From: Marispirochaeta sp.
GTDB taxonomy: Bacteria > Spirochaetota > Spirochaetia > JC444 > Marispirochaetaceae
Reading direction: 5' to 3'
Assembly (NCBI GenBank): GCA_963676835.2
Contig: CAXXFF010000002.1
Span: forward strand, 256,001 to 320,000
Length of the DNA stretch: 64,000 nucleotides
The notes beneath the pieces were generated by a model, which saw only the letters and a program-made list of their open reading frames with translations, searched no databases and was not told the origin of the DNA. Shown here piece by piece: positions 1 through 7,278 of this stretch (within the stretch, counting starts at the first letter, position 1; every line of letters starts with the position of its first letter). The position numbers and the translations under genes are program-made.

Positions 1-2
1 CG

Positions 3-200
3 ATACGGTTTCTTCGCTATATTCTTGAATCCTATGAGTCAAATAAAGAATTGAGACAAAACAGCAAATACCCGACTGTTTTTCCTGTACTGCTTTATTC
101 TGGCGATAAACAATGGACAGCGGAGTTCGAAATCAACAGACTGATCCATCAGGGCATTCCGTCAAAGTATATTCCGAAGTTCAGGTATTACCCGATATAG
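3..200 (+). pseudogene. Rpn-family (YhgA-like, PD-(D/E)XK) recombination-promoting nuclease/putative transposase; central fragment entering from the window edge and truncated at TAG 198-200
   Basis: Manual translation of frame 3: IRFLRYILESYE...YPTVFPVLLYSGDKQWTA...IPSKYIPKFRYYPI*. This matches the 'RFLRY...PxVFPVLLYxGxxxW...IPxF.YY' core of Rpn proteins. The usual C-terminal third is missing here and a matching tail lies at 2098-2280. Confidence 0.8.
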
Positions 201-358
201 GCAATACCACGCAAAACTGCTTATAAATATGATATAAGTAAACATAAGCAACCTTAAAATCCCCACGCCCAAGAAGCCCATTGGTGCTCATTGAATCACA
301 CCAAGTCCATGCCGGGTTAAGACAAGGGATAGAGGAAAGAAAAAGACAATGGACTTGA

Positions 359-703
359 CCTCAAAGTGAAGGTGTCGGAATAATGAAAATATTTTGTTAC
401 GACCTGATGCTCGTGGAACTATTAACCCAAAGAGGCGGTATCAGTTTTCTTTTTCAGGACAGCAGTATCGATGATGGGGTTGACTCCAGACAAAGATCAT
501 TAGCCTTAATATATGCGGATCGCAAAGCAAAGGAGACGAAATTTCAATATATTTGCGCAAAGAACTCCGACATGATCCCTAATGAAGATTTCATCATTGA
601 TGACTATGTCCGCCTGATTCTCAAGGATCAAAAAACCAAGGATTCTACTTTAGGCTTCCATTTTGAATTATCAAAAAAGAATACAAATGAGGATAGTCAA
701 TGA
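359..703 (+). pseudogene. C-terminal relic of an ABC-three-component (ABC-3C/Lamassu-type, DUF2326-like) SMC-like ATPase
   Basis: SEGVGIMKIFCYDLML...FLFQDSSIDDGVDSRQ...FQYIC..NSD...LGFHF resembles the DUF2326 C-terminus (MKIFCYDL; FLIHDS..FDGVDERQ; FQYI.T.NSD; LLG..F), with HDS changed to QDS. In-frame stop at 356-358; no Walker A or coiled coil upstream. Confidence 0.7.
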
Positions 704-771
704 GTTCAAATAAATTCACCGAAGAAAATCTCGAAAAAGCAATAATCAACCTGCTGGAACAGCGAATATGA
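700..771 (+). pseudogene. 5' remnant of a type I restriction enzyme R subunit (hsdR-like start), 23 aa
   Basis: MSSNKFTEENLEKAIINLLEQRI* resembles the 'KFTExxLExAIIxLL' N-termini of HsdR proteins. It overlaps both neighbouring ORFs by ATGA. Confidence 0.55.
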
Positions 772-2105
772 TCACCTTCCGTCCCTACGAAGACGAAACC
801 ACCGAATTCAAACGCCAACTCACCGATTCTCTCGAAAAGGAAGTTGTAGCTTTTCTCAATTCCGATAAAGGCGGCGACATCTATATCGGGGTGGAAGATG
901 ACGGCACGGTTACAGGTATTTCCAACCCGGACAAACTGCAGCTGTCCATAATAGACCGTATAAAAACCAACATTCTCCCCACGGTTTTGGGATTTTTCGA
1001 CGTGGTTACCCGTGAAATCCAGGGAAAACCGGTCATTCATGTCATAGTAACCCGGGGGATCGAAAAGCCCTATTATCTGAAAAAATACGGTCTTTCCCCG
1101 GCTGGTGCTTACATTCGCGTGGGGACCGGCGTACAGCAATTGACTCCGGAAATGATTGACCGGCTCTATGCCTCGCGAACCCGCAATTCTTTGAGAAATA
1201 TCCCATCGCCCAGGGCAAAATTGAGTTTCAATCAGCTCAAAATCTATTACGAGGAGATGGGTTTTTCCATAAACGACTCTTTTCTGGAAAATCTGGACTT
1301 GTACACCCCTAAGGGAGATTTGAATTATGTCGCATACCTGCTGGCCGATCAGAACAGCGTATCCATCAAGGTGGCAAAATATGGGGGAATCGACAAAGTT
1401 GACCTTATTGAAAATGAAGAGTACGGATTCTGTTCCCTTATCAAGGCAACCAACCGGGTTCTGGATAAACTGGAAATTGAAAACAGGACGTTCACAAAAA
1501 TCACCGGAGCTCCACGGCGACTGCAAAAAAGGATGATAGATCAAAGCGCCCTGCGTGAAGCCCTGATCAATGCCATGGTTCACAATGACTACACCCGGGA
1601 AGTGATGCCGGTTGTGGAGATTTATGTCGATAGATTAACCATTACCTCCTACGGCGGCCTGGTGTCGGGACTATCCCGGGAGGAGTTTTTCAACGGCCGT
1701 TCCATGATCCGTAACCGGGAGCTGATGCGGGTCTACAGAGACCTTGATCTGGTTGAACAGCTTGGTTCGGGAATGAACAGGATTTTACAGGCCTATCCTC
1801 GAGACATCTTCCGTTTCAGTGAGAATTTCATGGAAGTCTGTTTTTCCTTCGACGAAAGGTATTCCCGATCTGAAGAAAATATTGGTGAAATGTCGGGAAA
1901 GCGTCGGGAAAGCGTCGGGAAAACGTCGGGATTGATTCTTGATGCCTGTCGGGAAAACCCATCTGTAACCATCCCCGAGATGGCCATTGCCATTGGCATT
2001 ACCGAACGTTCGGTTCAACGGAATATTCAGAAACTTCAGGAAAACGGCTTTCTCCATCGTGAAGGAGGAAGAAAAGAAGGACACTGGAAGGTTAACGATG
2101 AGTAA
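768..2105 (+). CDS. AlbA_2 (Schlafen-like) domain / HATPase_c_4 / winged-HTH protein ('RecG C-terminal'-type accessory gene)
   Basis: N-terminal E..TTEFK...VAFLNSDKGGDIYIGVEDDG; central ALREALINAMVHNDY...RNRELMRVYRDLDLVEQLGSG; C-terminal wHTH ending GGRKEGHWKV. Confidence 0.9.
   Translation: MITFRPYEDETTEFKRQLTDSLEKEVVAFLNSDKGGDIYIGVEDDGTVTGISNPDKLQLSIIDRIKTNILPTVLGFFDVVTREIQGKPVIHVIVTRGIEKPYYLKKYGLSPAGAYIRVGTGVQQLTPEMIDRLYASRTRNSLRNIPSPRAKLSFNQLKIYYEEMGFSINDSFLENLDLYTPKGDLNYVAYLLADQNSVSIKVAKYGGIDKVDLIENEEYGFCSLIKATNRVLDKLEIENRTFTKITGAPRRLQKRMIDQSALREALINAMVHNDYTREVMPVVEIYVDRLTITSYGGLVSGLSREEFFNGRSMIRNRELMRVYRDLDLVEQLGSGMNRILQAYPRDIFRFSENFMEVCFSFDERYSRSEENIGEMSGKRRESVGKTSGLILDACRENPSVTIPEMAIAIGITERSVQRNIQKLQENGFLHREGGRKEGHWKVNDE
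1892..1931 (+). repeat. 11-bp tandem repeat GTCGGGAAA(G/A)C, about 3.6 copies, in the linker before the wHTH; one further copy at 1948-1958
   Basis: gtcgggaaagc gtcgggaaagc gtcgggaaaac gtcggga read directly. Confidence 0.95.
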
Positions 2106-2280
2106 ATTCACCGAAGAAAAGCTTGAAGAGTATAAAAAAAAACTTCTCGCCGAGGGAGAAGAGAAGGGGTTGAAACTTGGAATACTCGAATCTGCAAAAC
2201 GGCTGAAAGCCAAAGGACTACCCCTCAATAAAATTGCAGAACTTCTTGATCTCGATATATCAGAAATAGAGAAATTGTAG
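2098..2280 (+). CDS. Rpn C-terminal (RpnS-like) small protein, 60 aa, with an hsdR-like first 10 residues
   Basis: MSKFTEEKLEEYKKKLLAEGEEKGLKLGILESAKRLKAKGLPLNKIAELLDLDISEIEKL has the typical Rpn tail (EGEEKG...AKRLK.KG.....IAE...L...EIEKL). The ATG overlaps the end of the AlbA_2 gene. Confidence 0.75.
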   Translation: MSKFTEEKLEEYKKKLLAEGEEKGLKLGILESAKRLKAKGLPLNKIAELLDLDISEIEKL

Positions 2281-2286
2281 ACAACA

Positions 2287-5200
2287 CTATCCCGTAAACA
2301 GAAACCGCCGCTTCTCCTGGGCAATGAAGGCTTCTGCCTTCTCCATGAACAACCGTGCCGCCCGGTCGTCGGGGTTGGAAGCGATAATCTTCTGGAACAG
2401 GGTGGAGGCAGTATCAAAATCCTTCTTGGAAAAAGCAAGAATAGCCTCTTCAAATTCGGTCTTGGTTTCATTTTTGAGGCTCTTGAGAGGTTCCGGATCG
2501 CCGTCAAAGATCTCAAACAGGGATACGGTACTGTTCTTTCCCTTTACCCGCACTTTTCCCAGAAAGCGGAAACCGTAATCCGTGGGATTCTCCAGCTTTA
2601 CAAAGGATTCCTGACTGATAATAATGTTGGCTCCGTAAAGCTTGGTAACATCCTGAATCCGTGAGGCAAGGTTTACCGCATCGGAGATAACCGTTCCCTG
2701 CATACGGCCCTTATCGCCGATAATTCCAAGGATCAGGTTTCCCGTATGAATACCGACACCGATACTGATGGGCCGATAACCGCAGGTGGCCCGCTGTTTG
2801 TTGTAGAGCTCCATATGCCCCACCATCTCCTGGGCTGCCCGGATTGCATCTTCCGGCCTGCTCGGAAAAAGAGCCATAATGGAGTCACCGATGTACTTGT
2901 CGATAATCCCCCCGTTCTCCTGAATCATGGGGCTGAGCCTGCTTAAAAATGAGTTGATGAACTTGAAGTTCTCCTGGGGGGTCATACTCTCAGACAGATT
3001 GGTGAATGCCCGGATATCCACAAAGAGTACGGTCATTTCTTTCTGAACCTGATCTCCCAACTGAATATCCACAATATTTTTATGGCCCAGAAATTCCAGA
3101 AACTCAATCGGCACAAAGCGACTGTAGATGGTATTGGTTCTGGCAAGGTTCAGGTGAGTTTTTACCCGCACCAGCAGCTCTTCCTGGGTATAGGGCTTGG
3201 CCAGAAAATCATTGGCCCCGGCCTGCAGCCCCTCTTCCATATCCATAGCTTCCGACTTGGCGGTTACCAGAATGATGGGAAGTTCCGAGGTGGGATAGCT
3301 TTCCCGAACGTGACGACAGACTTCATACCCGTTCATCCCGGGCATCATAATATCAAGAAGAATCAAATCCGGCTCAAGATCATTGAGCTTCTCCAGCATC
3401 TCCTCCCCTGACAGAAAAGGAAGGATTCTGTATACACCGCCGGAGAGCTGATTCTTGATTACCTGCAGATTTACCGGGTTATCATCAACGACAACAATGT
3501 TGAATTTAGGGGTTCCACCCTCATCTTCGGACTCGTCCAGGGACTCCAGGTTTTCCAGTGCATCCAGAGAGAGCTCCAGTGCTTCCACTCCTTCGGTCTG
3601 GGCGTCTTTTGACCCTTCAGGAAGATGAAACGTAAAGACCCCCGTGCCGTCTCCTTCACAACTGTAATGAAGATTACCACCGTGAAGCTCTATCAGAAGG
3701 CGCGAAATAGCCAGACTTAAGCCGGCGGTTTTAAATCCTTCTATCAGGGTAAGATCATCTTCCTGATAGGCCTTGAATGATTTATCAACCTTTTCCTGGG
3801 TAAGATTTTCTATTCCCGATGCGGTTATGGTAACCAGCACCAGACGTTTCTTTTCATCCGTCTCGGCAGAAATGCTGATTTTCCCCTTTTCAGAGAAGCG
3901 GATTGCTGTTCCGATAAGATTATACAGAATCTGTTCCAGCCGGTTCTCATCTCCCCGGACAAAGACTGAGTGGGGCTCTATGGTATTCTCCAGTTCAACA
4001 TTGTTACCCATAACCAGGGGAACACACATTTTACGGACGATATCAGCGGCAACGGAGAGATCAACTTCACTGCTTCGCAGAGTAAGGCCGCCTTCCTGGA
4101 GCTTGGAAAAATCCAGAATATCGTTGACCATGGCGTTCAGCCGTATACCGGAAGAAAAAACCAGGGACAATGTAGACTTCTGATCTTCAGTAAGATCCCC
4201 CATAGCCCCCCGCAGGAGAGATTCGGAAAGACCGACAATGCCGTGAATGGGTGTCCGCAGCTCATGACTGGTATGAGCAAGAATATGCTCTTTCAGTCTG
4301 TCGGCGGTATGCATATGGGTATGCAGATCTTTTAAAACCTGATTGCTGCGGTAAATTGAGAGAAGATGATCCAGTAGGGTCAGAAAAGAGAAAAAAAGCA
4401 GCCCCTGAGAAAACAGATAGACTGAGTGTATATAGCCCGACCAGAGAAGAAAATCATTAACCCCCAGCCCTAAAAGCAGCAGAATCCCCAGAAAATGAAG
4501 ACCTGCGCTGGTGTCTCCTCCGAGAAATCGTTTTACAAGCCTGACAGAAAAACATGCCATCAGCAGGGCGCTGAGCCCGAAATAGACGAGAAACAGGTAG
4601 CCCAGAAATGCGGGGGGAATAAAAAAATAGGCCCCGGTTAAACCGGCAAGAGAAATTGTGTATATAACCAGAGGAGCAGTTCTGATATCCGGATTATAGC
4701 GGCTGCGGATATAGAGACCCAGAGCAATCCCTCCGAGAAAGAGTGAAAAATACTCCGCCATAAGGAAGAACTGCCAGGGCTCGCCATGCAGCAAGGTTAG
4801 AAGCAGCTTTTCTTCCGTTACAAGAACACGTAAAATAGCCGCAAAGGCAAACAGGCTGAAAAAGAGATGTTCCCAGCGGAAACTGAAAGCCGTAAGCATC
4901 AGAAAAAGCAGGCCGGTTACCATCAGAGCAGAAACAATAAACAGGCTCAAGGCTGAGCGTAAAATTGAACGAAGAGTAATCTGTTCCGGATCGCCTACAA
5001 GGAAGGGCGATTCCCATGCTCCGCCGGTAAAATGGTGAAAGCTGGAAACCTGCAGAACTATTTCCAGTGAACCATCCTCCGGAACAGGGACAGTTATAAT
5101 GCTTTGAAGAGAAGCCGGTCTTTCATGAGCGACATCATGGTCGGCTTCACCGTAAAGCAGGTGTTCCCTGCCGTTAACCCAGAGCCTGCCTGCTGAACGA

Positions 5201-5574
5201 AGCGGCGGCACCCACAGTGATACCAGTTCTGTTCCATTTAAACCGTTAATACCGAGTCGATATGTTGCTGTCGGGGGCTTTCCTGCAAAAGTTCCGGCGG
5301 GGAGATTTCTCCAGCTGTCGGAAAGGGGATAGGACATATAATTTCCCTTATCACCTTCTGTACCACCTTCTGAAGGCGAAAGCAGCACCCCCGGCTGAAA
5401 ATCCCAGTTACCTGAAAGCGTATACACTTCGCCGGCAAGAGTTCCGGTGATCTCCGCGCTGCCGTGATCCAGAGCAACGGGAACCCCGGTAACGGTCCAG
5501 AGAAGAACCCAAAGAGCTCCTGCGGAGGTGAGAAGTATGGCTGTAAGGAGAAGCACGCCGACCTTGTTTCGCAT
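2287..5574 (-). CDS. Hybrid sensor: periplasmic sugar-binding-like domain, 7TM-DISM-like helices, HisKA, degenerate HATPase, receiver domain, class III adenylate cyclase
   Basis: HisKA SHELRTPIHG; REC VVDD/LLDIMMP/VTAK/KP; cyclase VLFVDIRAFT, DKYIGDSIMA, DAVNLASR; multiple hydrophobic helices in the N-terminal half. Confidence 0.9.
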   Translation of the reverse strand: MRNKVGVLLLTAILLTSAGALWVLLWTVTGVPVALDHGSAEITGTLAGEVYTLSGNWDFQPGVLLSPSEGGTEGDKGNYMSYPLSDSWRNLPAGTFAGKPPTATYRLGINGLNGTELVSLWVPPLRSAGRLWVNGREHLLYGEADHDVAHERPASLQSIITVPVPEDGSLEIVLQVSSFHHFTGGAWESPFLVGDPEQITLRSILRSALSLFIVSALMVTGLLFLMLTAFSFRWEHLFFSLFAFAAILRVLVTEEKLLLTLLHGEPWQFFLMAEYFSLFLGGIALGLYIRSRYNPDIRTAPLVIYTISLAGLTGAYFFIPPAFLGYLFLVYFGLSALLMACFSVRLVKRFLGGDTSAGLHFLGILLLLGLGVNDFLLWSGYIHSVYLFSQGLLFFSFLTLLDHLLSIYRSNQVLKDLHTHMHTADRLKEHILAHTSHELRTPIHGIVGLSESLLRGAMGDLTEDQKSTLSLVFSSGIRLNAMVNDILDFSKLQEGGLTLRSSEVDLSVAADIVRKMCVPLVMGNNVELENTIEPHSVFVRGDENRLEQILYNLIGTAIRFSEKGKISISAETDEKKRLVLVTITASGIENLTQEKVDKSFKAYQEDDLTLIEGFKTAGLSLAISRLLIELHGGNLHYSCEGDGTGVFTFHLPEGSKDAQTEGVEALELSLDALENLESLDESEDEGGTPKFNIVVVDDNPVNLQVIKNQLSGGVYRILPFLSGEEMLEKLNDLEPDLILLDIMMPGMNGYEVCRHVRESYPTSELPIILVTAKSEAMDMEEGLQAGANDFLAKPYTQEELLVRVKTHLNLARTNTIYSRFVPIEFLEFLGHKNIVDIQLGDQVQKEMTVLFVDIRAFTNLSESMTPQENFKFINSFLSRLSPMIQENGGIIDKYIGDSIMALFPSRPEDAIRAAQEMVGHMELYNKQRATCGYRPISIGVGIHTGNLILGIIGDKGRMQGTVISDAVNLASRIQDVTKLYGANIIISQESFVKLENPTDYGFRFLGKVRVKGKNSTVSLFEIFDGDPEPLKSLKNETKTEFEEAILAFSKKDFDTASTLFQKIIASNPDDRAARLFMEKAEAFIAQEKRRFLFTG

Positions 5575-5583
5575 ATATACTAT

Positions 5584-5646
5584 CTATCGGAAAAATTGGC
5601 CAAAAAGCAAGGAGAACTTTCAGCAAGTCTGACATAACGCCGATAG
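5584..5646. promoter_or_regulatory. Back-to-back candidate sigma28-type -10 elements: TCCGATAG on minus (5584-5591) and GCCGATAG on plus (5639-5646)
   Basis: Both resemble the GCCGATAA consensus and sit just upstream of the divergent start codons. The -35 matches are weak. Confidence 0.4.
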
Positions 5647-5661
5647 TATATATGAAGAACT

Positions 5662-7278
5662 ATGAAAATAGACAGATTATCTCTTTTTACATTCCCCAGA
5701 CGACTCAGGTTTCCATTGCCGTGGATATTGGCTCCGGTATTCTTTGCTTTTCTCACCCTGCAGATCCATGCCCTGGATGAAGAAATCGTCATTGGACGGG
5801 AGAATGGCTGGGGAAGGGTCCGTTACGACCATACAATGCAGGAACACCGGGGATTCCAGGGGTATTCGGATATTCTTCTCAGCGATGCAGCCTATGAACC
5901 GGACGACGCTACAGATCTGCTCCTCCATTTTGACTCTCCCTCGCCGGAACCAAGCCTGCTGGTAAGCTCCGCAGATACAACAGGAAGAATCCGCTGGGAA
6001 AATCCTGCCCGGTACAGCCTGAATCCTGCCAATATTGAGGCGGAGAATCGCCTTCGGGTTTTCGGCAGCGGTGCGGCACTTTTTTCCGGAAAAGAGAGCC
6101 GCCTGAATCTCTCTGCCGGTCCGGGATCCCTCTTTTTCCCCGGCACCGACTGGAGAGATTTCACCTTCGAGTTCTGGCTCTATCCTGCAGAAACGGAATC
6201 GGTTCAGCAGCTGCTCTTCTGGGAAGGAGTAACCCTTCCGGGAGAGTGGGGGACAACATCCAGAACCCAGAATATACGCTGCACCATGGGCAGCAACCGT
6301 TTAATCTGGCAGTTTACCAACCTTTTCAGGCCGCCCATGCAGCAGGAGTTCTCCCTGGAGCTGAAAGGACAGCGGGAACTTCTTCCAAGACAATGGCACC
6401 ACCACATGGTCCGCTTCAGTGCAGAGACCGGACTGCTTGAATACCTTATAGACGGAATAATGGAAGACTTCGCCTATGCCAACAGTGAGAACCGTGAAAC
6501 CGGAGTGGTGTTTACTCCCCTTACAGGTTCCGCCAGCCGCAGGGATCTCTCTATCGGTACCGGTCTTGAGGGGGTTATGGACGAACTCCGCATATCTTCG
6601 GTATTCCGGAGCAACATTCCTCCCGCTCCCTATCAGGACAGGCAGGGAACCGCAATTATAGGCCCCCTTGATCTTGAGCATGCAGCCAGCCGTCTGGTTT
6701 CTGTAAAAAGCAGTTTCAGCACCCCCGGCGACTCGGATATATTTTTTTATTACGCTTTAAACCAGACTCCTTTTGCCATGGCCATTGATGATGCCGGCTG
6801 GATACCTTTTACCCCGGGTGGTATATTCTCTCCGGAAACCCGGGGCCGCTATCTTCACCTGATGGCAGCCCTCTACCCCGATGGTATGGAGCAGTACAGT
6901 CCGGTGCTTTCAGATATAAGTGTTGTATACACCCCGGATCTTCCCCCCTCACCGCCTGGCAAGGTTACAGCCCTGCCCCAGGACGGTGGTGTACACCTCA
7001 GCTGGGAATCCGTTCCGGATCCTGATGTACAGGGATATAAAATCTATTACGGAACAAGCCCGGGACGCTATTTCGGGAATGACGCCGCAGAAGGATCATC
7101 CCCGGTGGATGCGGGAAATACAACAGAGATGACTCTTACGGGCCTTACCAACGGACGGCTCTACTACTTTACCGTGGTCGCCTATGACAATTCTCCCCGG
7201 CCCTTCCAGACCCTCTTTTCCATGGAAGTCAGCGCCAGGCCCCGCAGACTCAGTTCCGATTCCGGCGGAGGAATGTAG
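5662..7278 (+). CDS. Exported LamG-like jelly-roll plus fibronectin type III domain protein
   Basis: N-terminal hydrophobic segment; FTFEFWLYP, WHHHMVRF, GVMDELRIS (LamG); LSWESVPDPDVQGYKIYYG...LTNGRLYYFTVVAYD (FN3). Confidence 0.85.
   Translation: MKIDRLSLFTFPRRLRFPLPWILAPVFFAFLTLQIHALDEEIVIGRENGWGRVRYDHTMQEHRGFQGYSDILLSDAAYEPDDATDLLLHFDSPSPEPSLLVSSADTTGRIRWENPARYSLNPANIEAENRLRVFGSGAALFSGKESRLNLSAGPGSLFFPGTDWRDFTFEFWLYPAETESVQQLLFWEGVTLPGEWGTTSRTQNIRCTMGSNRLIWQFTNLFRPPMQQEFSLELKGQRELLPRQWHHHMVRFSAETGLLEYLIDGIMEDFAYANSENRETGVVFTPLTGSASRRDLSIGTGLEGVMDELRISSVFRSNIPPAPYQDRQGTAIIGPLDLEHAASRLVSVKSSFSTPGDSDIFFYYALNQTPFAMAIDDAGWIPFTPGGIFSPETRGRYLHLMAALYPDGMEQYSPVLSDISVVYTPDLPPSPPGKVTALPQDGGVHLSWESVPDPDVQGYKIYYGTSPGRYFGNDAAEGSSPVDAGNTTEMTLTGLTNGRLYYFTVVAYDNSPRPFQTLFSMEVSARPRRLSSDSGGGM

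Larger units (their letters stand above)
711..2120 (+). repeat. 18-bp direct repeat TAAATTCACCGAAGAAAA at 711-728 and 2103-2120, flanking the AlbA_2 gene
   Basis: Exact match read directly from the sequence. Both copies lie in short ORFs starting MS..KFTEE.LE. Confidence 0.95.

Noticed and set aside
200..360. Possible IS end at the rpn breakpoint and short AT-rich inverted repeats (TGCTTAT...ATAAGCA)
   Set aside because: No matching second end, target duplication or transposase was seen; too short to assign.
645..1583. 312-aa minus-strand ORF
   Set aside because: Antisense shadow of the AlbA_2 gene with no recognisable motifs.
1987..2097. ORF-track N-terminal extension of the Rpn-tail ORF
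   Set aside because: It lies inside the wHTH coding region of the AlbA_2 gene; ATG 2098 is the coupled start.
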